Positions 9,343 to 18,357 of a stretch of DNA of 51,296 nucleotides are shown piece after piece. The stretch is from NCBI GenBank assembly GCA_029856125.1, contig JAHQWJ010000025.1, forward strand, positions 1 through 51,296. The letters are read 5' to 3'. Each line of letters begins with the position of its first letter. Position 1 is the stretch's first letter. Made by a program: the position numbers and the translations under genes. The notes under the pieces are model-generated. The model saw nothing but the letters and a program-made list of their open reading frames with translations. It ran no database searches and was not told the DNA's origin. This DNA is from Promethearchaeia archaeon. GTDB taxonomy: Archaea; Asgardarchaeota; Lokiarchaeia; Sigyniarchaeales; SOKP01.

Positions 9343-10533
9343 TTATTTTACCTCTTCATATTTTTTTAGTAGATCAGAAGGTGTTAACGGCGACAACTTT
9401 CTCAATCTCTTTACTTGATCAGGCAATACTTCTAAAAGACGATCAATGTCAGTTTCGCGAGTAGTTCTTCCTAACGAAACCAATAGACTTCCATGCGCTT
9501 CTTCGTGGAGAAGACCCATTGCAATAAGAGTATGGGACGGTTCTAATGTTTTTGAGCTACACGCTGAACCAGTAGCGGCTGCTATATTATGCTCTTTTAA
9601 AGTTAATATTAACGATTCTCCCTCAATATAGTCAAACCGGAAGTGTGCGTTGTGAGGAAGCCTTTCTTCTTGATGACCGTTTAAGTGCGATTTTGGAATT
9701 GTGTCTAAAACGTTTTTAATAAGCTTGTCTCTTAAAATTTTTAATTTTTCTGATTCTTTAGGCATTACTTCTTTTGCGATTTCAGCAGCTTTAGCAAAAC
9801 CAACTATTCCTGGAACATTTTCGGACCCTGATCTCATCCCCCTCTCTTGACCACCGCCTATCATCATTGGATTTACGCGAACCCCTTTTTTTAAATAGAG
9901 CGCACCAACCCCTCTAGGACCATAGATGTCGTTGGATGACAATGTTATCAGATCAATTGGAACTTCTTGAACATCAATAGGAATCACACTTTCGCTAGAA
10001 ACTGCGTCTGTATGGAACAGAACTCCCTTCTCTTGAGCAATCTTGCTTATTTCTGCGGTCGGTTGTAGCGTTCCAACTTCATTGCTAGCAGTAGATATAG
10101 AAATTAAAATTGTCTCGTCAGTAATTAACCTTTCAAGCTTGTCTAATCGAATTTTTCCGAATCTATCCACACCTACCCGACTAACTCGAAACCCTTCCCG
10201 TTCAAGGTATTTTCCGATGTTTAAAATTGAAATGTGTTCTATTTCAGAAATAATAATATGGTTCCCTTTTTTCTTTAGCCTCCTCGCTGCACCGATTATT
10301 CCCAAATTATTAGATTCAGTCGCACCTGAAGTAAATAAGATATCGGATGAATTTGGAGCATTGACAAAATTAGCAACCTTTTCCCGCGATTTTTCTAAAA
10401 TGTCTGTAGCAACATCTCCATCGCAATGAAGAGAAGCAGGATTTGCAAAATTTTCGTTAAAATATTGCGTCATCTCAGCTATAACTCTTGCATCGACAGG
10501 TTTTGCAGCTTGGTTATCAAGATAAATACTCAT
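9343..10533 (-). CDS. iscS: Cysteine desulfurase, IscS/NifS group I
   Basis: IYLDN, FTSGATESNN, HTDAV, GGGQERGMRSG, TGSACSS; the usual SxHK PLP-lysine motif reads SSNDIYGP. Confidence 0.9.
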   Translation of the reverse strand: MSIYLDNQAAKPVDARVIAEMTQYFNENFANPASLHCDGDVATDILEKSREKVANFVNAPNSSDILFTSGATESNNLGIIGAARRLKKKGNHIIISEIEHISILNIGKYLEREGFRVSRVGVDRFGKIRLDKLERLITDETILISISTASNEVGTLQPTAEISKIAQEKGVLFHTDAVSSESVIPIDVQEVPIDLITLSSNDIYGPRGVGALYLKKGVRVNPMMIGGGQERGMRSGSENVPGIVGFAKAAEIAKEVMPKESEKLKILRDKLIKNVLDTIPKSHLNGHQEERLPHNAHFRFDYIEGESLILTLKEHNIAAATGSACSSKTLEPSHTLIAMGLLHEEAHGSLLVSLGRTTRETDIDRLLEVLPDQVKRLRKLSPLTPSDLLKKYEEVK

Positions 10534-10569
10534 AATTTTTCCCTCTATGATATGATATGTTCGTTTTTG

Positions 10570-10821
10570 CTATTTATTCTTCTTAAAATAAAAAATCAAA
10601 TCGTCTTCATCTTTTAAGAGTTCTACTAGTTCTGTGCCAGTTCGTTTTGCCCATCTCGTCAAATCTTCTTCTGCTGCAGGATCGTCAGCTAAAACTTTAA
10701 ATGTTTGACCGATATCCAAAGACTCTGAAAAAGTTCGCACTTCAAAAAGTGGTTCTGGGCAAAATAATCCTCTCGTATCCAATTCCTCGTCATATTGTAT
10801 TTCTTTTTTTTCTGCAACCAT
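10570..10821 (-). CDS. tusA: TusA/SirA sulfur carrier
   Basis: LDTRGLFCPEP and VLADDPAAEEDLTRW motifs. Confidence 0.92.
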   Translation of the reverse strand: MVAEKKEIQYDEELDTRGLFCPEPLFEVRTFSESLDIGQTFKVLADDPAAEEDLTRWAKRTGTELVELLKDEDDLIFYFKKNK

Positions 10822-11021
10822 TTTAACTACCTTCTATGACTAATATAATTTTTATAAAGATTTGTCGTATTTAGAATTAATTTAATTTATAATTCTCCTA
10901 AGAGATATACTTTCCATAGTAAATTAAAATTATTTGTTATATTTTAAACAACTTTTTGACATTTAAAAGTGGAAAAAACAGCTTCAAATAAAACGACTTT
11001 ATAATTTATAAATCAACAGAT

Positions 11022-11130
11022 TTGATACCATAAAGTTGGAAAGATTAAAGGATAAAAATATTGTTTATTACTATCCTGCTAAGTTTTTGATATGTTTTAC
11101 TCCTTCAACAGTTTGGTTGTGATAAAGATC
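11022..11130 (-). repeat. Diverged duplicate of the corrinoid-protein gene 3' end and downstream sequence (left islet boundary)
   Basis: 11071-11130 reads DLYHNQTVEGVKHIKNLAG* versus DLFADDAVSGVKIIKKAFGK* at 13140-13202; ATAAAGTTGGAAAG occurs at both 11030 and 13090. Confidence 0.65.
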
Positions 11131-11437
11131 ATAATAAATCTAGAGGATCTATTCCTTTGTTTTCTTTTTGAATACGCAGGAAATCTTCCCTTTTAAGCGT
11201 ACAATCATAGATTCCTAGGAATTCTTCTTCAGTTAGTTTTAGTTGTTTAGACATTCCTTTAATATGAAACGGGCTTAATGTCTTTCCTTTTGCTCCTCGA
11301 CTGCAATGCGTTCTAAATTCTGTTAATTTTCCTTCATGGGCAAAGTATAAGGTTGTTTCGCCCCTGACTTGCATTGTTTGGAACCCTTTTTTACAAAAAA
11401 CTCTTAATAAATCGTCTCGCTTTATACTTTTTACCAT
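11129..11437 (-). CDS. HicA-like small protein, putative toxin family
   Basis: Length and pattern: LLRVFCKKGF..., RTHCSRG, IKGMSKQLKLTEEEF; the usual catalytic His position reads GET. Confidence 0.5.
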   Translation of the reverse strand: MVKSIKRDDLLRVFCKKGFQTMQVRGETTLYFAHEGKLTEFRTHCSRGAKGKTLSPFHIKGMSKQLKLTEEEFLGIYDCTLKREDFLRIQKENKGIDPLDLL

Positions 11438-11749
11438 TACAATCTACTTAAATTTCGCTTTTTATTAGAGATATTAGATCAAATTTGGATTTATTTAAGG
11501 CATCCAGAGAAGATTGGAGAAAGAAATGAAACATTATAGGTACTTAATCAAGTAAGCTAAGCTAATTACCGTGAAATCTATACGCTTTTCCTCGAATAAT
11601 GGTTATATAAATGTGGATTTTAGATTTTTTTATATCTCATCAAGAACTTGCGAATGCGATATTATAAATTCTATTTAAAATTGAATTATATCAAGCTTTT
11701 TTTTTAATACATAGTCTAATTTGGGTTAAACAATAGGGAATCTCTTAAA

Positions 11750-12487
11750 TTAAAGAAAGAGGGTTATTATTGCTCCAAACCAATTATTTAGGTAATGGCA
11801 AATTACGGATATCCAAAGATTTCTTGTTTTCATAAAAATCAATCCAAAAATAAATCCATTAATGAGTTGAAATAAAAATGCTGATATAAGCCTTAAAGAA
11901 TTCCCGTCCAAAAAAAAATTAAAGCAATTCACGGGAATATGTACAGACATGAAAAATATTCCTTGAAAAATTATAGCTTTTTTTTGTCCGATGGCTCTTT
12001 CTAATTTAGATTGAATTATCCCCCTAAACAGAAATTCTTCAAGGAATGCATTAGAATAAATTAGGCTTAACAATAAATACCAAGGGACTTCAACCATAAA
12101 GGTGTTTTTAAATCCAAATATAGCATAAAAAAGAATACCTAAGATTACAATCCCTTTCGATTTTACTTCAGATGTGAAACCAAAGTCTTTACTTGTCCAT
12201 TGATCTCTATAATTGGCAATTATTGACGGAATTAATAGTAACATGATGGTACTAAAGATTAATGTGATCCCTAACGAATTATTAAACCTACTTAAGATAA
12301 AAATGTCTAATGTGAAGTATAAAATTGCTATTAGAGTATAGGTTACAGCTTCAATATATTCTTTTTTTGGATTTTGTGAAATTGGAAGGGGAGTGGGGTA
12401 TTCTCCAAGTTTATTAAAATTGTATAAAAAAAAAATCAGAATTAGGGTTGGTATAATAATAACAAAAATAAGATAATTAAAATCCAT
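11750..12487 (-). CDS. CPBP/Abi intramembrane metalloprotease
   Basis: EEFLFRG, FMSVH and ICHYLNN motifs. Confidence 0.88.
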   Translation of the reverse strand: MDFNYLIFVIIIPTLILIFFLYNFNKLGEYPTPLPISQNPKKEYIEAVTYTLIAILYFTLDIFILSRFNNSLGITLIFSTIMLLLIPSIIANYRDQWTSKDFGFTSEVKSKGIVILGILFYAIFGFKNTFMVEVPWYLLLSLIYSNAFLEEFLFRGIIQSKLERAIGQKKAIIFQGIFFMSVHIPVNCFNFFLDGNSLRLISAFLFQLINGFIFGLIFMKTRNLWISVICHYLNNWFGAIITLFL

Positions 12488-12730
12488 TATTATTTCCCTC
12501 TACTTTAAGATCACTCGTTTATTTGTTGTCTTGTTATAGTTATAAAAATTTAATGCTATTTAAAAGATAAGGGAGAATATAAATTTCCGTGTTAAAATTA
12601 AAAAAAAAAACCAAACATTTGTAAAGATAAGTAAAGAGAAATTGCGAAAGGTAGTAGAGTAGTTTAGAAATTTACTACTAATACTTTCAAGTTTACTAGC
12701 GTAAAGTTTACCTAACATTTAAATAGGAAA

Positions 12731-13036
12731 TTGAACTTATGGGGTACTTGGGTTAGTGCTTTACCGCAAACTATCACCCGCCTGAAAAAATTGAAGAAAT
12801 TAGATTTAGACAACACACATTTCAGAGAAATTCCGGACTCGATTGGCGATCTTTCTTCCTTGGAGTATTTAAGTTGTAATCCAAGCAGTTCCTGGCGAGA
12901 TACTATAATAAAAATACCCGATACGATATTAAATTGTAAATCGCTTAAAACCTTGAGGTTGAATAGAGAGACTTTAGAAAACCGTTCTCCGATTATATGG
13001 GAATTAAAAAAAAGAGGAGTCGATGTATCATCGTAA
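12731..13036 (+). pseudogene. C-terminal fragment of a leucine-rich-repeat protein
   Basis: About 3 LRR units starting mid-repeat; in-frame stop at 12713-12715; ends ELKKRGVDV like the 46437 protein (KLEKRGIRV). Confidence 0.65.
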
Positions 13037-13080
13037 ATTTTCCTTATAATAATATAAAAAAGATATTTTCTACTGGGTGC

Positions 13081-13202
13081 TTGATAATTATAAAGTTGGA
13101 AAGGTTAAGGCTCAAAAATAAAAATAGATAAAAAATAAATTATTTTCCAAATGCTTTCTTGATAATTTTTACCCCTGAAACTGCGTCATCCGCGAATAAG
13201 TC
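13081..13202 (-). repeat. Right boundary copy of the islet repeat (3' end of the corrinoid gene plus downstream sequence)
   Basis: TTGATAATTATAAAGTTGGAAAGGTTAAGG matches 11022-11051. Confidence 0.6.
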
Positions 13203-13775
13203 AGCTCCGAGCTTTTTGGCAAGTTCCATGTTCAAAGGAGCTCCACCAACGATCAGTTTTACAGAATCCCTTAATCCAGCTGCAATTAAAGCCTCGTGAA
13301 CCACTTTAATTTGTTCAACGGTCATTGTTAATAACGAACTCAAAGCAACAATATTAGCCCCAGTTTCCTTTACTTTATCAATAATAGCATTTTCATCAAC
13401 ATCCATGCCTAAATCGTAGATCTCAAAACCATTGCTCAATAAGAGAGATCCTAAAATATTCTTTCCAATATCGTGATTGTCGCCTTTTACCGTCCCAATA
13501 ATAATCTTTATCTTATCTTGCGATTGATCTGAAGCAGCCAAGGCTGGTTGGAGTACTTTAAACGCTTCCTTCATCGTTTCGCCAGCGAGAACGAGTTCAG
13601 TAAGATAATATTCCTTTTCTTCGTAACGGCGTCCTACTTCGTCCATTCCTTTTGTTAAAGCGTTCATAATATCAAAAGGATCCTTTCCATCTGCTTCTAA
13701 CGCTTCCTTTACAGCAGCCTCAATATCATCTACTTCTAATTCAATAATCAGTTCTGTTAATTTCTCAAAATCCAT
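13140..13775 (-). CDS. Methyltransferase cognate corrinoid protein (MtaC/MttC-like)
   Basis: B12 cap domain GMDEVGRRY; GTVKGDNHDIGKN (DxHxxG), LSSLLT and VGGAP motifs. Confidence 0.93.
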   Translation of the reverse strand: MDFEKLTELIIELEVDDIEAAVKEALEADGKDPFDIMNALTKGMDEVGRRYEEKEYYLTELVLAGETMKEAFKVLQPALAASDQSQDKIKIIIGTVKGDNHDIGKNILGSLLLSNGFEIYDLGMDVDENAIIDKVKETGANIVALSSLLTMTVEQIKVVHEALIAAGLRDSVKLIVGGAPLNMELAKKLGADLFADDAVSGVKIIKKAFGK

Positions 13776-13890
13776 TTCTGACTTCTCTTTACATGATTTG
13801 TAAATATTTAATAATAAAAATCTTACTTAAGATAAATATTTTCTAATTTAATCAAGACAAAAATGTATGATTGAAATTAAAAAAGAAGAT

Positions 13891-14039
13891 AGAGAGAAGC
13901 CGGAAATTGACCTCATAAATGAGGTAAAGATTTTGGGATAAAATTTAGTTCCGTACGTTACCATTTAAATTAGGAAATTCCCCAAATCACGGGAAATCCA
14001 TTTTTGTTAGGGGATATTTTTATTTCTGACTTCCTCTCT
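13891..14039 (-). ncRNA. Putative ~150-nt structured RNA or 5' leader of the corrinoid gene
   Basis: Terminal stem of about 16 bp (14022-14039 with 13891-13907); hairpins UUCCC/GGGAA and ACCUCAU/AUGAGGU; TTTATATA box at 14062-14069; U-tract after the stem. Confidence 0.6.
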
Positions 14040-14194
14040 AAAATACATAATACCATGGCACTATATAAATCTTTGTCTGAAATGTCAATTTCAACCTAAT
14101 ATTTACTTTAAACGTAAAATGATGGCATAAGGTTTTAAATAACTAAGAATTATAGAAAAAAGAATTAAAAGAAGAATTACTCTAAGGATTAAAA

Positions 14195-14938
14195 ATGGAG
14201 AATGAATTTATCGAAGAGGCTCCAGATATAGAGGACATCGCAGTTTTAAACGAGATTAAAGAAGGACACTTATTAATCTTGGCAACTAATTTAGATAAGG
14301 ATTATGAAATTGGCGATTTTATAGTGAGAGCAGTCGACGGAGTCTCAATAAGAATTAAAGAATCTGCATTCATTATTATTAAAGGGCCATCAGGAGCCGG
14401 AAAAACAACCCTGCTTAATTTAATAGGAGGATTGGACACTCCAAATAGAGGATCAATATACTCTAGTGGAGTCAAGATTAGTAACTTAAAAGAAGAATCC
14501 CTTGCTACCTTTAGGTTGATAAATTCGGGATTTATATTCCAGAGCTACAATCTTATAAGCACCCTTACTGCTGAAGAGAACATAATGTTTCCAATGAAAT
14601 TAGCTGGAATGAGTTTAAAAGAACAACGGGAAAGAGCGTTAAATCTCTTAAATAAAGTAGGTTTAGGGGACAGACGAGAACACTTGCCTTTTCAGTTATC
14701 TGCTGGCGAACAACAGAGGGTTGCTATAGCAAGAGCTTTGGCAAACGATCCTCCGATTATAATTGCAGACGAACCTACAGCAAACTTAGACAAAAAAACG
14801 AGTTTATTTATAAGAGATCTCTTTAGCGATATGAAGCAAGAGGGTAAAACTATTATTATTGCAACTCACGATGATTACTTAATAGAACTCGCAAATCGCG
14901 TCATAAATTTTGAAGACGGTAAAATTGTAAATGAATAA
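14195..14938 (+). CDS. ABC transporter ATP-binding protein, LolD/MacB type
   Basis: GPSGAGKT, LSAGEQQRVAIARAL, ADEPT and ATHD motifs. Confidence 0.93.
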   Translation: MENEFIEEAPDIEDIAVLNEIKEGHLLILATNLDKDYEIGDFIVRAVDGVSIRIKESAFIIIKGPSGAGKTTLLNLIGGLDTPNRGSIYSSGVKISNLKEESLATFRLINSGFIFQSYNLISTLTAEENIMFPMKLAGMSLKEQRERALNLLNKVGLGDRREHLPFQLSAGEQQRVAIARALANDPPIIIADEPTANLDKKTSLFIRDLFSDMKQEGKTIIIATHDDYLIELANRVINFEDGKIVNE

Positions 14939-14985
14939 CCTGTTAATTCACAAGCAAAAAATTAAAAAAATACGGTGCCGTTAAA

Positions 14986-16899
14986 ATTTCGCTAGATTTT
15001 GCTTTAAAAGATTTCTATAGGAAACGTGGTACGACCTTCTCATATACAATGATGATCGTTTTAGTTATAGCGTTCACTGTATTTTTAATTAATTTCACTT
15101 CATCGATAGGTTTTAACAGTTTTATAACGTACGATTATGAAAATTCATTCTATTTTTCAGGCGGAATTAGCATTGTTTATATTGATTTCACTACGTTAGT
15201 GGTCATACTTATGTTAATCTTAGCTTTCGTAGTCGTCATTATCGTTACCATTACTTTGGTTATAACCAAAAAACGGGATATTGCGATAATGAAGGCATTA
15301 GGTTCAATCCCACAGAAATTATATGGTTTCTATTTAACAGAAGTTTACGTGGTTTTTCTTATTGGTTTTGTCATTGGGGCTTTAATAGGGTTTATCTCAT
15401 ATGTAATTTTCTTCTTTATAGCTTCAATTTTAGGAGTCATAGCGACCTTTCAAGTTGATGTTTTCTATACTCCTATTCTGTTTATATCGTGTTTCGTTGG
15501 GATTTATATATTTCCTGGAGTCGTGTTAAGGAAACTAGGAACACAAAACACTATCAAATTGTTTTCAAGAGATATTCCTTACAACTACGACGCTTCAAAA
15601 AAATTATCTGCAATTCCAAAGTGGTTAAGTTTAATAGGGTATAATTTTAAGATATCAGTCCTAAATACTCTTAGAAGGAAGGGAGAATTTAAGAGATATT
15701 TAATTGTATTTACAATTATTTCTCTAATAATTTTTACTTTAGGGTTAGGAAGTACTGTTCTAAAGAATTCTTCTCAAGAATGGATTAAAAAGTCGCAAGG
15801 AACAAATATAGTTGCAATTGGTCACAAAGACATCCTTCAAAACTACACTAAAATGTATGATATGTTCTCCAATCCAGATATTCTCATAACTCAAGAAGAC
15901 ATCGACTTTCTTAACCCAGATTACCTATTTAATCTCTCTAAAGTTGAAGAATTAACTAATTATACCGAAATTGAAAAAATAGACCAACGATTACTCAATT
16001 TTTTTAACGTTACTGAGCTAGACGGATACCATCATTTCGAAGATGGAGGTTCTTTGGCAATTGGTCAAGATAGACAAGCAGTTATTCCTATTATAGGTAT
16101 TAATGCGAGCGAAATTATACAAGATTTTGAGATTGAAGGTGAATACTTTGATTCAGAAGATTCAGTCTATATGATGATAGGGGACGGATTAAGTTACAAT
16201 CTCTTTGATTACCCATTAGATCAAAGTATGCGAATTGAAGAATTAGGAACAGGTCATCCATTTCACATTTCTGCGGTTGTTATAGATAGTTTTTATAGTG
16301 GTTTTGCGGGATATGTAGACTTAGGTGTTATGCAAGGAGATCTGAATTTTAATTCGAATGAGATAAATCTTTTATTACTTAAAGTACAATCTAGTGAGTA
16401 TAACAACATAATTGGGGAAATTGAGTTGATTATTCAAGGGAACCTAGGAGAAAACTTTAGTTTTGTCAATTTAAATCAAACTTTTGAGAACAACTATTCT
16501 TATCTTGAAATCCTCACTTTCTATCCTTCGCTCCTTATTATTATGATGGCAATAATATCGATTTTCGCTCTGTATAACTATCAAAAAGGCAATGTTTTAG
16601 AAAAGGCGAAAGACTTTCTGATTATGAGAGCTGTTGGGGCTAAATATAAGTCAATTAAGAAGATTCTCTTTTTAGAAGCTTTTTACATGATAATACCGTC
16701 CTTGCTTCTAAGTATGGGGGTTGGAATGATGATAAACTCTTTAGTATTATTCGAACGCGTTTATTTACCCAGTATATCGTTACCCATTATCATCATAGCG
16801 TTATTATTTATAGCTTTCTTAGCTTTTAATTATATAAGTTTATTTCCGATTCTTTCAAAGATAAAAAAATTTAGTATCAAAGATTTCGATATATTTTAG
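14986..16899 (+). CDS. FtsX/MacB-type ABC permease; probable ATT start, first ATG at 15049
   Basis: KRDIAIMKALG and FLIMRAVGA repeats; typical N-terminus ISLDFALKDFYRKR lies in frame upstream of the ATG; GGTG 8 nt before ATT. Confidence 0.82.
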   Translation: MSLDFALKDFYRKRGTTFSYTMMIVLVIAFTVFLINFTSSIGFNSFITYDYENSFYFSGGISIVYIDFTTLVVILMLILAFVVVIIVTITLVITKKRDIAIMKALGSIPQKLYGFYLTEVYVVFLIGFVIGALIGFISYVIFFFIASILGVIATFQVDVFYTPILFISCFVGIYIFPGVVLRKLGTQNTIKLFSRDIPYNYDASKKLSAIPKWLSLIGYNFKISVLNTLRRKGEFKRYLIVFTIISLIIFTLGLGSTVLKNSSQEWIKKSQGTNIVAIGHKDILQNYTKMYDMFSNPDILITQEDIDFLNPDYLFNLSKVEELTNYTEIEKIDQRLLNFFNVTELDGYHHFEDGGSLAIGQDRQAVIPIIGINASEIIQDFEIEGEYFDSEDSVYMMIGDGLSYNLFDYPLDQSMRIEELGTGHPFHISAVVIDSFYSGFAGYVDLGVMQGDLNFNSNEINLLLLKVQSSEYNNIIGEIELIIQGNLGENFSFVNLNQTFENNYSYLEILTFYPSLLIIMMAIISIFALYNYQKGNVLEKAKDFLIMRAVGAKYKSIKKILFLEAFYMIIPSLLLSMGVGMMINSLVLFERVYLPSISLPIIIIALLFIAFLAFNYISLFPILSKIKKFSIKDFDIF

Positions 16900-16993
16900 A
16901 TAATTTTGTTATCGGAAAGAAAAATATTAAAAAAGTGAAATCGATGAAATATATATGAACTTATTTTTTCAAAATCTATTCAATCACTAAGAT

Positions 16994-18355
16994 ATGGGAA
17001 TGACAGAAGAAGAAAACTTACTGAGGAAAATCCAAGATTTACAATCTGAATTAGATAAAAAAGAGATTCAAATTAATACATACTTAGATAAAATTGATGG
17101 TCACGAAGTAGATCTCATGAAATTCGAACAAATGTTCGATGAGAAAGCTCCAAAGAGTAAAATAAAAAAAGCTAAGGAAGATAAACTTAATATTGAAATA
17201 AACGTAAAAGATCGAGAAATTCGCGAATTAAAGGACCGAATGGGCTTTTTAAGAAAAGAAAAAATAGACTTGCAAAAGAAATACGAGCTTGAGTGTAAAA
17301 AGAATGAGGAAACTTCCGTTATTAGCGTAGAAGAAATTAGAGAGAAAGAGAAAGCACCTTTAAACGTATTACTGCAGGAGTTACAAGATAAGATTAACAA
17401 ACAAGAATCAATGATCAGAAGGTTAAAAAGTGGAGAAATAGGAATAAAAAGTAAAGATAACGGAAGCGACGAATATAACGAAATGTTAAAAGAAAAAGAT
17501 AATAAAATTGAAATGCTCACCGATCAACTTGCTGCACTCGACGAACAAATTGCTGAACTTAATGAAAACTTAAGTAAACGCCCTCCCAATATAGAATTAG
17601 ATAAACCTTCGAATAGAGATATCTCAAAGGCTCTCTTAGAAGAACTCCAAAATAACCTAACTAAAGTAAAAAGACATAATAACGAGTTAAAAAAGAAATT
17701 AGGAAAATATGAAAAAAAAGGTAAAAGTAAAAAAGGATCGGAAGAGAATAGTCAGATACTAGAATTGCAAAATATAATATCTCAATTAACTGGCGAGTTA
17801 GAACATAAGAACAAAATAATTGAAGAAAATACGATATCTAGCATTCACCGAGAAAGCGAATCGGATGCTGGCTCACTACATTCCGTAGTAGAAGAATTAA
17901 AAAGTAAGTTAAGTAAAGCTAAATCAGAAATAGCAAATTTTCAACTAGCTCAAGAACACAGTTTTAAAAGTCTTTCTCCAAGTGAGACTGAAGGAAAATT
18001 GAAAATTCAAAGAGAAATGGCGAGTTTTCTGCAAAAACAATTGGCAGAAGCAAACAACGCGCTAAAAACAAAAGAGGAAGAAATAACAACAATAAAAACT
18101 GAAGCTATAGGGATTAAAAGAAAATATGAACAATTAGATCATCTTATAAAGTCAAAAGATCAACAAATTAATGATTTAAATGCTGATATAGAAGCGCTTA
18201 AAATGCAAATCCAAACTCAAAATACTCCAGCGCAATCCATCCACCCTGATGTTAAATTACGACTCAATGAACTCCAGAGTTTAGTAGACGATCTTAGTAA
18301 ACAAAATATACAGCAAAGGTTAGAAATCTCTCAATTAAGAAAGAGCAAGAAATAA
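16994..18355 (+). CDS. Long coiled-coil protein of unknown function
   Basis: Heptad-rich E/K/Q/L sequence over almost the whole length; 2 nt upstream of rnz. Confidence 0.75.
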   Translation: MGMTEEENLLRKIQDLQSELDKKEIQINTYLDKIDGHEVDLMKFEQMFDEKAPKSKIKKAKEDKLNIEINVKDREIRELKDRMGFLRKEKIDLQKKYELECKKNEETSVISVEEIREKEKAPLNVLLQELQDKINKQESMIRRLKSGEIGIKSKDNGSDEYNEMLKEKDNKIEMLTDQLAALDEQIAELNENLSKRPPNIELDKPSNRDISKALLEELQNNLTKVKRHNNELKKKLGKYEKKGKSKKGSEENSQILELQNIISQLTGELEHKNKIIEENTISSIHRESESDAGSLHSVVEELKSKLSKAKSEIANFQLAQEHSFKSLSPSETEGKLKIQREMASFLQKQLAEANNALKTKEEEITTIKTEAIGIKRKYEQLDHLIKSKDQQINDLNADIEALKMQIQTQNTPAQSIHPDVKLRLNELQSLVDDLSKQNIQQRLEISQLRKSKK

Positions 18356-18357
18356 AT

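Noticed and set aside
11453-11553. Short plus-strand frame ...DLFKGIQRRLEKEMKHYRYLIK* as a possible antitoxin
   Set aside because: No clear start, too short, opposite strand to the HicA-like gene; at most a relic
12650-12690. Imperfect hairpin GTAGTAGAGT...ATTTACTAC as an attC-like or dif-like site
   Set aside because: Single copy, AT-rich and no recombinase nearby
13891-14039. RNase P RNA or canonical cobalamin riboswitch (GAGGAAGUC and CCGGCUU resemble the P4 strands)
   Set aside because: Too short, and these motifs form the terminal stem with no enclosing P1/P2; no B12-box or GCCACUG consensus is present
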